The translations under genes and the position numbers were made by a program. A stretch of 50,908 bases of DNA from a virus, in IMG/VR virus record IMGVR_UViG_3300045988_169817. One strand, 5' to 3'. Positions 16,400 through 27,030 of this stretch are shown here, piece by piece (position 1 is the stretch's first letter; every line of letters starts with the position of its first letter). The notes beneath the pieces were generated by a model that saw nothing but the letters and a program-made list of their open reading frames with translations, had not been told where the DNA came from and made no database searches.

Positions 16400-18373
16400 T
16401 CATTTTTGGTAAAAATCCATAACTCCTCCGTCCGCATTCAAAGGCAAGTCCTGTGCCCACAAAGGGGGTGTTGACATGATTTTTACCAGATTATCATACC
16501 ACAATTGAGCATTCTCTTCTGGAACTTCTGTTATAACTTCGTCATGGATTGAGCCAACAATCCCATATCCAGCTTTTTCCATTCTAAGCATAGCATCGCC
16601 TAATAAATCTCTTGATACCGCTTGAACTATATTCTCGGTCAGCTTACCGCCGTAGGTATCTATGCTTATCCACTGTTTGGTTGTCTGGTCAATACCTTTG
16701 TAGCAAAGACTGCGAATAGGCATAGTGGAACGCCCTACATACTTATCTTTGAATTCTGGTTTATAGTAAAATAGTTTTCTGCCTACAGGCAATTCTATTG
16801 TCATAAATTCACCGTCACAATCAAATATAACATTTTTACTAGTGCACTTAACGGCTCTATGATAACGCACGGCCTCTTTGGAGGCTTCATCAATCTCTTT
16901 CCACATATCAACTATAGAAGGATTGGCCATACGCCATTTGCGCACAAGTGACATCATTTCAGTATCTGAGAGGCCCATCTTATCACCTCCCATGCGCTTT
17001 AATGCTCCAAGGCCTCCTTCATAACCAAGAGCTAATTCAGATATTTTTGATTTGTCACGAAGTACCGAGCCTTTTTTAATTTCAGACTTCGGGACTCCAA
17101 ACATCTTTTCTCCAGTTGCTTCATATATCTTACCATCGCCATGAAATACATCTAATCGCCATTTTTCATCGGCAAGCCAAGATATTACTCTTGCTTCAAT
17201 TGCAGAAAAGTCTGCAACTGCGTATTTCATATTCTTTGGCGGTATAAGAGCTGTTCTTACTAGCTGGGACAAAATATCTGCAACATCATCATACATCATC
17301 TCAACCGACTCCCAATCACGTGCTCTAATCATTTCACGTGGTACTTCTATATGTGATATATGGTTTTTTGATAAGTTCTGCAATTGCAATAGCCTACCTG
17401 CCCATCGTCCAGTTCTATTTGCACCATAGAATTGAAATGTACCACGGACTCTATGGTCTTTCATGGCACAATTAAGCATAGCATAATACTTCTTAATAGA
17501 CGTTTTTGAGAGCTTTTTGCGTATATTAAGCAACTCGATAACATCTGGATAATCTACAAGCTCTTTCATTAAATCAGGCATTGTTTCCTTTGAAAGTGAC
17601 ATAACAACACATCCTGTTGTCTTTTCAATCCATTGCCTGATTTGAACAGGCGAGTTTGGATTTTCAAGCCCTGTTAGCTGTTGAGCATGTTGCGTTAAGA
17701 TAGAAGTATATGTGTTATCTACTGCGATAGCAGACTCTGCTAATTCCATATCAACCAAAATACCTCTATCGTTTATATTCTGGTCAAGCACATACATCTT
17801 GCGCTCAATATCAGGAATGATATATGCCTCTAATCTCTTAAATATCTCACGCTCTGCAAGTACGTCATACTTGTTATATTCCTTATACATTTCCCACTTT
17901 TCAGGAGCATGCTCAGGATAATTCCGAGTACGCATGCCATTAACTCGAGTTGCTTTGCATGGGCATGAGAAGTATTTAATAAGCGCTTTACCAGTATCTA
18001 GCTTTTTATCTGTAAGATTAAGAGCCTTTGATACTCCGTCCAAAGAAAGCGGTAAACCACAATACGCAGCTTTTACAGAGGTACAATACCACTGTTCTGC
18101 TGGAACATTATACCCTATACGCTTAAAGCTCAAGCGCTCAAATACTGCATTATGTGCCACTTTTACACAATCCGGGTCAAGCAAAGCTTCTTCAAACTCT
18201 TCAGGCATTTCTTCACCTTGAGCCAAATCTACTATCTTTACCGGGCTATCATCTAAAGCATATCCTATTATAAGAATTTCAAAGTCTGGTGACTCAATAT
18301 ACTTATAAGCTCCAGACTCTTTAATATCTACAGATGAATATGTTTCAACGTCTATAAAAAGATTTTTTGTCAT
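16400..18373 (-). CDS. Family A DNA polymerase with a 3'-5' exonuclease domain
   Basis: Exo I IDVETYS, pol motif A VADFSAIEARV, motif B RDKSKISELALGYEGG, motif C GSIHDEV. Confidence 0.9.
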   Translation of the reverse strand: MTKNLFIDVETYSSVDIKESGAYKYIESPDFEILIIGYALDDSPVKIVDLAQGEEMPEEFEEALLDPDCVKVAHNAVFERLSFKRIGYNVPAEQWYCTSVKAAYCGLPLSLDGVSKALNLTDKKLDTGKALIKYFSCPCKATRVNGMRTRNYPEHAPEKWEMYKEYNKYDVLAEREIFKRLEAYIIPDIERKMYVLDQNINDRGILVDMELAESAIAVDNTYTSILTQHAQQLTGLENPNSPVQIRQWIEKTTGCVVMSLSKETMPDLMKELVDYPDVIELLNIRKKLSKTSIKKYYAMLNCAMKDHRVRGTFQFYGANRTGRWAGRLLQLQNLSKNHISHIEVPREMIRARDWESVEMMYDDVADILSQLVRTALIPPKNMKYAVADFSAIEARVISWLADEKWRLDVFHGDGKIYEATGEKMFGVPKSEIKKGSVLRDKSKISELALGYEGGLGALKRMGGDKMGLSDTEMMSLVRKWRMANPSIVDMWKEIDEASKEAVRYHRAVKCTSKNVIFDCDGEFMTIELPVGRKLFYYKPEFKDKYVGRSTMPIRSLCYKGIDQTTKQWISIDTYGGKLTENIVQAVSRDLLGDAMLRMEKAGYGIVGSIHDEVITEVPEENAQLWYDNLVKIMSTPPLWAQDLPLNADGGVMDFYQK

Positions 18374-18399
18374 TACATTTCACTTATGTATTATAATAG

Positions 18400-18480
18400 G
18401 AGTATAGGCGGGACTCGAACCCGCATAACAGGCACACAAACCAATGGCGCTCTGCGGTTTTACCATTAAACTACTATACT
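18400..18480 (-). tRNA. tRNA-like gene (81 nt) with canonical acceptor, D and T arms but a non-canonical, over-long anticodon region. Identity is undetermined.
   Basis: On the minus strand: AGTATAG/CTATACT acceptor, GTTT-AATGGTA-AAAC D arm, GCGGG-TTCGAGT-CCCGC T arm. There are 32 nt between the D and T arms instead of about 23, and no 5-bp/7-nt anticodon arm could be folded by hand. Confidence 0.6.
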
Positions 18481-18499
18481 TGCTGATGCAGAGAGGAAA

Positions 18500-19057
18500 T
18501 TACATCAGCACGTCGTCCCATTCATTCTCGCCTCCGAAGTCCTCTTCAGCAGTAGAACCACCGGCCAACATCTCACCGTCTTCGAGCTTCTGAAGATTGT
18601 TCAATCCAGCTGCAATGCCTTTGGATGAAACATTGAAGGCATAGAAGTTGATTGATGCACGGCCATAACAACCACTGTAGAACTCCTCTTTCTCCATGAT
18701 AGGATTGAGGTCTTTGTCCACGATGCTTGGCCTGCGCTGGCTATTGGCATTGATGAAGTACATGCCTTCGAATGCTGGGTCGTCGCCACGCTCATCGTCG
18801 CCATCACGCAGAGGCAACTTGAGGTTTGAAGGTATCTTGCCATTCTTGTCTGCGAGCTTGGCTTTACCTGCCTGTTTAGCTGCCTCGATAGCCTTGTTAA
18901 TCTTATCAAGGGTCTTTGCATCATCTTTCGGAATAAGAATGCAGATATTGTACTTAGGAGTATCGCCCTCATTCATAGCTGTGGGCTCGAACACGTTTAC
19001 ATAGCAAAATCTTACTTTGCCAGTTACAACCTTGGTTGAATTTACTTGATTACTCAT
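18500..19057 (-). CDS. DUF2815-type phage single-stranded DNA-binding protein
   Basis: N-terminal VVTGKVRFCYVNVFEP pattern, acidic C-terminal tail EEDFGGENEWDDVLM, and a position next to the DUF2800-type nuclease. Confidence 0.65.
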   Translation of the reverse strand: MSNQVNSTKVVTGKVRFCYVNVFEPTAMNEGDTPKYNICILIPKDDAKTLDKINKAIEAAKQAGKAKLADKNGKIPSNLKLPLRDGDDERGDDPAFEGMYFINANSQRRPSIVDKDLNPIMEKEEFYSGCYGRASINFYAFNVSSKGIAAGLNNLQKLEDGEMLAGGSTAEEDFGGENEWDDVLM

Positions 19058-19079
19058 TGTCTTTTAATTTAAGTTGTTA

Positions 19080-20291
19080 TTATTCTTTGAAATCTAGTTG
19101 CGCTTGAGCATATCCCATTGCTGGTCTCTTGTCTTCAAGCAGTACAAGAGTAGGTTTGCCTTGTGGCTTGATAACCATATCTGAGAGTATTTCCTCAAAA
19201 CGCTTTTTGCCTACTAACTTCTCAATAGAAGTAATCGGTTTAAGCTTCATATTGAAAATCTCATCTTCTGAAAGTTCAGGGCAACGTGCAAAAATTGCAT
19301 TAGAAGCTTGGTCTTCGTCAACCCATTTGCGTCGACTAATTCCTTCAACTAATTTAAGCCCCGGCCATTGCTTATTCTCGTTAATCGCTTTAGTTTGTGC
19401 ATATTCTGTTATTGAATTAGCCCATTCTATAAGCTTAGGCGCACGCTTAACTATATCAGCAATCTCATCATCGGTTAACAACTCTGGGTCTGCAAATTCA
19501 TGTTGTGCAATTTCGAGTTGTTGCTCATAAAGCTTACGACACTGATTACGCACAGCACAAAATCTGCACCAATCTCCAGCATTAAGTTCTCCTTTACCTT
19601 CAAATGCAAGTTCAGCTCTTGGTCTAAGTTCCTCTTCTGCCCATTTACGAAGTTCTTCGACAGATATTCGCCAACTTGATATATTGTTAATGCGAGGCTG
19701 TATAATAGTCAATCGCACTTCCGTTATATCATACATTGTATCATATTTCTGCAAAGCTCCAAGTCCATAAAGCATAAGTTGCTTATTCCATTCAGCATAC
19801 ACTGGAACACCTTTTCCATATTTTAAGTCAATAACTTCCATAAGATTGTCATTGATAACAACACAGTCAGCTGTTCCAAAGCTTTCAGGCACATACTCTG
19901 TCAAATCGAGTTTCTGCTCAATTTCCATGACAGCTAACGGATTTTCAGTTTTTGCTTCAGCTAATTGTTCTGAGCAATAATCCGTATAGATAGGTACAAC
20001 TTCAAGCATTTCCTCACTGAACAAGTCATTTGCCATTATCTCTTCGAGCCTTTGGTCAAAGTCTTGCTCACTAATGCTGTTAAGTGTATCTTTTCTCAGG
20101 TAAAGTTCTGAGAGCTCATGAGCTAATGTACCTTCTTCTGCATATACTGAAGACTTCTTTTCTCCGTATTCATCTTCAAGCTTAGCAGATGGAGTACAAT
20201 TCAGCCATCTTCCTGCTCCAGAAGCCGAGAGGAGTGCATGGCTCCTCTGACTATGTTTCTGTGGTTTAGTACTACTTGCCGCTTGAGCCAT
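19080..20291 (-). CDS. PD-(D/E)XK nuclease of the DUF2800/Cas4-like type
   Basis: DLKYGKG core motif and a C-terminal Cys cluster CRFCAVRNQC. Confidence 0.7.
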   Translation of the reverse strand: MAQAASSTKPQKHSQRSHALLSASGAGRWLNCTPSAKLEDEYGEKKSSVYAEEGTLAHELSELYLRKDTLNSISEQDFDQRLEEIMANDLFSEEMLEVVPIYTDYCSEQLAEAKTENPLAVMEIEQKLDLTEYVPESFGTADCVVINDNLMEVIDLKYGKGVPVYAEWNKQLMLYGLGALQKYDTMYDITEVRLTIIQPRINNISSWRISVEELRKWAEEELRPRAELAFEGKGELNAGDWCRFCAVRNQCRKLYEQQLEIAQHEFADPELLTDDEIADIVKRAPKLIEWANSITEYAQTKAINENKQWPGLKLVEGISRRKWVDEDQASNAIFARCPELSEDEIFNMKLKPITSIEKLVGKKRFEEILSDMVIKPQGKPTLVLLEDKRPAMGYAQAQLDFKE

Positions 20292-20406
20292 ATTCTTTTA
20301 TCAATTTTGCCAAATAATAGTATTGAACAGCATACTGAGCATAAAGCTTTGGATTTTCTCTGCGAAACTTCTGAGCTGCTTTTTGCAATTTCTTTGTACT
20401 TGACAT
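20272..20406 (-). CDS. Possible small ORF (44 aa, MSSTKKLQKAAQKF...)
   Basis: The ATG lies 3 nt after the upstream stop codon. It fills the 20292-20408 gap and is below the ORF-track cutoff. Confidence 0.3.
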   Translation of the reverse strand: MSSTKKLQKAAQKFRRENPKLYAQYAVQYYYLAKLIKEYGSSGK

Positions 20407-20408
20407 AG

Positions 20409-20822
20409 TTACAGTGACTCTAAGAAGTTATACATTTCATCATACTTAGCCGGGTCAAGTTTTGTTACGCTTGGAGCTCCAAGTTCATTGAGTTTTTGCT
20501 TGATTACGTCGCGATGCTCATTGACCTTTTTTGCAAGCATTCCGCGAACGTCCTCAATGCTCTTAGAGGCAGAAGAAGCAGCCGGAGCAGCAGGTGCTGA
20601 AGGAGCAGGCTCGGCAGCGCTCTGAGTCTGGGCAGGTGCTGCAGGCTGAGGAGTAGGTTTTGCGGGAGCCGGCTTTACTGGCGCTGTAGGAGCAGGTTTA
20701 GAAACTGAAGCGGCTACTTGAGCTCCACTTGGAACTCCTGCTGCAAACAATGAAGTTAAAAACTTCTGCGTATTTTCAGACAGGTTTACGCTAACCTCAA
20801 CAGAAATTTTAATGGTTTCCAT
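20409..20822 (-). CDS. Hypothetical replication-module protein with a long Pro/Ala linker (137 aa)
   Basis: ATG-initiated ORF, GC-rich, with a conserved-looking C-terminal helical domain (IEDVRGMLAKKV...LGAPSVTKLDPAKYDEMY). Confidence 0.6.
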   Translation of the reverse strand: METIKISVEVSVNLSENTQKFLTSLFAAGVPSGAQVAASVSKPAPTAPVKPAPAKPTPQPAAPAQTQSAAEPAPSAPAAPAASSASKSIEDVRGMLAKKVNEHRDVIKQKLNELGAPSVTKLDPAKYDEMYNFLESL

Positions 20823-21225
20823 TTTCGTAATTTTTAATGAAGTTATCTAAATAGTTAATAAACTCGTTTACTGTCATATCTGGTACGTTTGAGAGCTTTT
20901 GGTGGATAAGTTCATTATTCTTATATATAGATACGTACACGCCTTTATAATTCAGCTTTACTTTATATTCGCCTTTCAGCATTGTTAGGCATCCATCTTC
21001 AGATGAACCTTTCCAAGTATTTGCTGAAAACAAATCAGTTACTAACACGCCAATATGATTGGCCAATCGTTCTAACTGTATAACATCCAAATTGGCTTCG
21101 CCCTTTAACACACGGTCAAATGCCTGTTTCGGATATTTAACAGTAGGAAATAACACTTTAGCTAAATCTTCCGTATTTAGCTTGTAGTGCTCAATTACAT
21201 TACCTATATTAAATTGTTGTTCCAT
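20809..21225 (-). CDS. Putative helix-turn-helix (Cro/CI-like) DNA-binding protein
   Basis: The N-terminal NTEDLAKVLFPT...VLKGEANLDVIQLERLANHIGV resembles an XRE-type HTH. It is the first gene after a promoter-rich spacer. Confidence 0.45.
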   Translation of the reverse strand: MEQQFNIGNVIEHYKLNTEDLAKVLFPTVKYPKQAFDRVLKGEANLDVIQLERLANHIGVLVTDLFSANTWKGSSEDGCLTMLKGEYKVKLNYKGVYVSIYKNNELIHQKLSNVPDMTVNEFINYLDNFIKNYENGNH

Positions 21226-21247
21226 ATTTTGGTGAATTTTATTATCT

Positions 21248-21268
21248 TATTTTCGATATGCAAATATA
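21248..21268 (-). promoter_or_regulatory. Extended promoter element TATATTTGCATATCGAAAATA
   Basis: It contains the TAnnTTTG -7 box. Near-identical 21-mers occur at 49314-49334 and 49447-49467. Confidence 0.6.
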
Positions 21269-21363
21269 CAAACTATTCTCGAAAGAAAAAAAATTTTCCA
21301 TTATTTTTTGAGAATTTATTTGTTAAAAATAATTAAACGGCAATTTTAGTGCGGCTTTGAAAT

Positions 21364-21510
21364 TGCTGTAAACAAAGAAACAATAGAAACAACACCCCTA
21401 TATATTTCAAACTTAATTTCTTAATTTCCGATTAACATTAATGTTAATAAGAAATATCAGCTTTTAATACGAAAAGATTTAATGAAATTATTGTTTCTTT
21501 GTTTACAGCA
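21364..21510. promoter_or_regulatory. 21-bp perfect inverted repeat (21364-21384 and 21490-21510) flanking an 18-bp palindrome (21431-21448), with AGAAACAA iterons
   Basis: tgctgtaaacaaagaaacaat and attgtttctttgtttacagca are reverse complements. attaacattaatgttaat is a palindrome. Confidence 0.7.
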
Positions 21511-21576
21511 TATATAAGTAATTGATTTTGAGCACTTTAGGCATAAACAATGACTTGTTTATATTGTTTCTGTTGT

Positions 21577-21969
21577 TTACCGCTTTATGAAGTATTTTGC
21601 ACACAGCCATATAATTACTAAGGCTATGGCGGTTATCAGGTATTCACCAATATTAATTTTTATCTTTTGCCATTTAGTAAGCTGAGCTTCTACAGGGTAT
21701 GCAACTTGAATTGTATCAACTTTTTCTCGCCAGAGAGTATCATGCTTTTCTATGTATTTATACAAGTATTTATATTTACTGAGATACACGGTATCGCCTT
21801 TGTGCTCTACATATATTGAATCTCTATGATATATGCTATCAATTTTGGTCTGAGATAAGTAAGTAGTATCTCTTTTCGTTGTTTCCACTGGCACATATTG
21901 AATTGACTTACAGCTATATAATATAGTGGCTAAAAATATAAGTGTAATTATTCTCGCTAATTCTCGCAT
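21577..21969 (-). CDS. Lipoprotein with a C-terminal transmembrane helix, a unimolecular-spanin-like lysis protein
   Basis: N-terminal signal plus lipobox-like LYSC, a C-terminal TM segment ITAIALVIIWLCAKYF, and a position adjacent to the endolysin and holin. Confidence 0.5.
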   Translation of the reverse strand: MRELARIITLIFLATILYSCKSIQYVPVETTKRDTTYLSQTKIDSIYHRDSIYVEHKGDTVYLSKYKYLYKYIEKHDTLWREKVDTIQVAYPVEAQLTKWQKIKINIGEYLITAIALVIIWLCAKYFIKR

Positions 21970-22013
21970 AATCTTTGAGTTTTATTTGTTATTATTCATA
22001 TTTAATATAAAAA

Positions 22014-22048
22014 CCATTCTCGCACATAAGAAATTATTGCGAGAATGG
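22014..22048. terminator. Hairpin built from two inverted GCGAGAAT boxes. It is terminator-like on the minus strand.
   Basis: CCATTCTCGCA-13 nt-TGCGAGAATGG. On the minus strand the stem is followed by TTTTTAT. Confidence 0.55.
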
Positions 22049-22060
22049 CTTTTATGTGCT

Positions 22061-22486
22061 TCAGAGGTCTTTATACTCGTACTTAGCATCAAAGCTGGGG
22101 CATGCCTTAGCTGCAAATTCTCTGTGTCCATGAATAGTAGCATTTGGGTATTTTGCCTTTAAGCTTTTCAGCAATTCGAGTAAAGATTGCTTTTGAGCCT
22201 CAGTGCGCGTATCTTTAGGAGTTTTACCGTCTTTAGCAACGCCTCCTACATAGCATACTCCTATAGAGTTTGCATTTTGACCTGAGCAGTGGGCTCCAAC
22301 TACACTTTCATCTCTGCCTTTATGAACAGAGCCATCGAGCTCAATTACATAATGGTAACCAATATCTTTCCAATGATTGCCATTCACATGCCAATCTCGA
22401 ATAGTTTCGGTTTTGACGTCTTTTCCTTCAGGCGTTGCAGAGCAATGCACTATGATTTTATTTATCTTTCTCATTGTCTTTGTCAT
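22061..22486 (-). CDS. N-acetylmuramoyl-L-alanine amidase endolysin (T7 lysozyme / PGRP fold)
   Basis: Aligns by eye with T7 gp3.5: IVHCSAT, DIGYHYVI, GAH..G.N..SIGVCYVGG, AKACPSFD. Confidence 0.92.
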   Translation of the reverse strand: MTKTMRKINKIIVHCSATPEGKDVKTETIRDWHVNGNHWKDIGYHYVIELDGSVHKGRDESVVGAHCSGQNANSIGVCYVGGVAKDGKTPKDTRTEAQKQSLLELLKSLKAKYPNATIHGHREFAAKACPSFDAKYEYKDL

Positions 22487-22943
22487 TTAAGGTGATTATT
22501 TTTGTTATCTCATTAAGTATTTCGTGGCCTTGCTCTGCAGTGGCTGCTTGTACAATTTTCTTTACTATATCAGGCACATCAGCTGCATGAGCCTTTTTGC
22601 GCTTACTGTTCTCCACAACAGATTTACCCTCAATGTAGATTACAGCTATAGTACACAGAATTGTAGCAAACGGTACTATATAGAATGATAACAAGCTTCC
22701 CAGTATATCAAACATAAGAGTGAAAAGCATTAGCCTTACATAGTCGCCTATTTTTGTAACAGTTCTACGAAAACCATGCGACATAAGTGCTTGGCCTAAT
22801 GCTTTTGCTGTAGTTGTTCCACTCCAGAAGTCCACGATACTACTGACCACCATGAAAAACCAGCAGATTAAAATAATGCCAACTCTAATAGCTATGAAAA
22901 ACATTAGCCCGTCAAAGTTCTTTGCTTCAATCAGTTCTAACAT
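22458..22943 (-). CDS. Holin (multi-TM, LL-H-like)
   Basis: Several hydrophobic helices and a charged C-terminus, immediately upstream of the endolysin. The ATG at 22943 follows the upstream stop codon, and 22952 is TTG. Confidence 0.65.
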   Translation of the reverse strand: MLELIEAKNFDGLMFFIAIRVGIILICWFFMVVSSIVDFWSGTTTAKALGQALMSHGFRRTVTKIGDYVRLMLFTLMFDILGSLLSFYIVPFATILCTIAVIYIEGKSVVENSKRKKAHAADVPDIVKKIVQAATAEQGHEILNEITKIITLNDKDNEKDK

Positions 22944-22944
22944 A

Positions 22945-23436
22945 CTATACAAATTTTTTGATGAAATTCTCCATCATTTCCTGCTGCTTTTTCATGAGTT
23001 CTTTCATTTCACCGATAGAACCTTCAATCTTGCCGAAGCGCTGCTCTGTTTCTTGCTTTTCCTTATACATAGGATTAAGTTCTGCAAGCAATGAAGGAGC
23101 TTTGTCAATGATGCTTTGAGCTTTAGAAGCAGAAGCCAAAACCTGTTCAGCATTTGCCTTTTGAGCTTCGACTTCGCTCGTCAATCCAGATTTTTCTGTT
23201 GACAGAACAAGATGCCCGGCATAGGTAACTGAATGGCTTTCAGGAATAGCGTAAGTTGCCATTTTTCCATTGGCCTCTATAGTAACATCTACTACCATCT
23301 CTGTCTTACCGGTCTTCTGGTTCATTTCTAATCGAGGAAATGATACCTGAGTGGCTTTGCCTTGAATAAGGCTAAATTCCTGTGTATCAAGAATGTATAC
23401 AGGATAATTCTGCTTTATATCTTTGAATAACAACAT
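22945..23436 (-). CDS. Hypothetical protein (163 aa) with a C-terminal coiled coil
   Basis: ATG-initiated ORF between the tail and lysis modules. Confidence 0.55.
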   Translation of the reverse strand: MLLFKDIKQNYPVYILDTQEFSLIQGKATQVSFPRLEMNQKTGKTEMVVDVTIEANGKMATYAIPESHSVTYAGHLVLSTEKSGLTSEVEAQKANAEQVLASASKAQSIIDKAPSLLAELNPMYKEKQETEQRFGKIEGSIGEMKELMKKQQEMMENFIKKFV

Positions 23437-23515
23437 ATAGCTTATCTTTTTGAATTGTTAATAAAAAAGAAGGCACTCAGAGAAGTATAAAACTTCCCTA
23501 AGTACCCTCAATTAA

Positions 23516-23941
23516 TTAGGCTGCTGGTTCAGCTGCTGGAGTGATTGTTACTGTCAGTGAACTATATATAGCCAGACAATTAGAACTACCACAAGAAACA
23601 TTAGCCAATCGTTGAGTTTGTCCCTCAGCCGATAGTACAACATTTGTAGGCAATCCGGTTTGTTCTTGGAATGCGGCCATAAACTCTTCAACAATAACCT
23701 GAGTTGTTGCTTGGCAGCCACATCCTGGCGTTACTATTGTTACAGTAGCAATAACAGGCGCAAAAACAGTCGTTCCATTAAAGATTGGAGTACCAGTCTT
23801 ATAAGTTACAAATGCTTCAGGCTGATTTGTTGAGTTTTCGCAAATTCTACGACACAGACGTTCTTTGTAAGTTGCTAACAAAGATACTCGGTTGGGAACT
23901 TGTGCAGCGGATAATCCCACGGGTGATAAATATACTGCCAT
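23516..23941 (-). CDS. Hypothetical Thr/Val-rich protein (141 aa)
   Basis: ATG-initiated ORF with GC-rich codon usage. It contains PGCGCQ. Confidence 0.55.
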   Translation of the reverse strand: MAVYLSPVGLSAAQVPNRVSLLATYKERLCRRICENSTNQPEAFVTYKTGTPIFNGTTVFAPVIATVTIVTPGCGCQATTQVIVEEFMAAFQEQTGLPTNVVLSAEGQTQRLANVSCGSSNCLAIYSSLTVTITPAAEPAA

Positions 23942-23959
23942 AGTAGTGCCCTCCCTTAA

Positions 23960-24145
23960 TTAACAACCGCAGCCGTTTCCACAACCACAGTTATTATTCC
24001 AGCCGCCGTTGTTCATCAAGGCCGCCATAGCTCAAGGGCTGTCGTTGTCCCGGCGATAACCGCCGTTTGCCAAAATAGCTGCTGCCAATGCGTTGTCGTT
24101 ATTATCGTGGTCGCAACAATAAATTTTTTCTACACATTCTCCCAT
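23960..24145 (-). other. Cys-rich micro-ORF pair. A 37-codon ORF (MGECVEKIYCCDHDNNDN...) ends at a TGA that is in frame with a further 23 codons ending in WNNNCGCGNGCGC.
   Basis: Hand translation of the minus strand. TGA at 24032-24034, TAA at 23960-23962, and an internal ATG gives MAALMNNGGWNNNCGCGNGCGC. Confidence 0.35.
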
Positions 24146-24221
24146 AATTGTAAATTTTTTAGGAAGTTAAACAATAAAGTTAATTATAATTAAGCCTCTC
24201 TAGAAAAGGCACTTACATTCT

Positions 24222-25426
24222 TTATATTCCTGACTCAACAGCTGTTAAGTCTGTTACCTCATAAGGCTTTTTAACAGCACATTCAGCTGCAACTTGCGCT
24301 AAATAGCAGTTGTTATCAGTTACTCCTACCACGCCAGAAGTTCCTAAATTAGGTCCTGGTATATTTTTCTCTGTAACAAATGTAGAGTCAACTCTAGTTT
24401 GTTCGCCAATAACTCCTGTTTTGCCTATACCTAAATGATTAAGTATAACAAGAGTATTTGCATACGCGGCAGTCATACACCCAATTCCTTCTTGTAAATG
24501 CCCAGTATCCGCCATCAAATTATGTGTTGGGCCATCCCCAATAGCTTTAAGACTTGTTGACCTAAGATTTTGAACAGCTGTTCCATAAGGAAATAGAATA
24601 CTAGTTCCAGTAACATCCAGCATTTTTTTAGCATTATCTGCTGTTTTTTGCCAACGTTGTAAAAGGACTTCATCATTGCTAGCATACACTCCATGCGTTA
24701 AAAACCAACCTATTTTTATATCATGAGCAATTTTATCAAACAATAATTTGTGTAATTTGAATATAAATGGCTCAAAATACAAGTCCCAGCCCCCGAATGC
24801 AGTTTCTCCATTTTGCTGGAATGTAATAATATCCCATTCTTCATCGGCTATCATTGCATTTGCATCTTTACTACCTTGAGAAGTCCAGGCTCCCCCGTTT
24901 GTGCTCTTATAATATGTATACTTAACCTGAGTATAAACAACGCTATTTAAGGTCTGGTCTTCCCCTGTAAAATTTGCTAAATGCTGAACTAAAGGACAAC
25001 TACCAATATAGGCTATACCTAAAGTCAATTTTACATTAGGAGCAAGATTTTTTAGTATGAATGGAACATAACTCATACTATCCTGCGTAAAAGAATTACC
25101 AAAGCAGAGTATTTTTATTTTCTGATTTGCATCTTCTTCACTTTTGTCCCATATAGCAATTTTTTTAACATATCCATCAGCAGTAGTATGAACTATAAGG
25201 CTATTTGTTCCTTCTGGAGCTGTTATTTTTCCTTCAAACTTAGCATTAGCATCAGCTCTTGCTATAACTATTCTGTTCTTATCCAAAAAAGCCCATGCTC
25301 TTCCATTATCGCTACCAGCTACTTTTATTTGAAATGTTTCACCTTCTGTGCATAAAATTTCTGTACATTTCCAGACACTATTAACAAGTGTTAATGGAGT
25401 AGTAGAAATGGCTGTAGTAGAATCCG

Positions 25427-25454
<28 letters not shown>
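24222..25454 (-). CDS. Tail-associated SGNH/GDSL-family hydrolase, a putative polysaccharide esterase
   Basis: Block I ILCFGNSFTQDS and a C-terminal DTGH (DxxH) motif. It is the last gene of the tail-fibre block. Confidence 0.6.
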
Positions 25455-27028
<1,574 letters not shown>

Positions 27029-27030
27029 AG

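Noticed and set aside
23960-24145. Selenocysteine insertion at the in-frame TGA of the Cys-rich micro-ORF.
   Set aside because: There is no convincing SECIS-like hairpin directly downstream of the TGA, no selA/selB/selC-like genes, and no UCA-anticodon tRNA in the window. The reading is kept only as an open read-through question.
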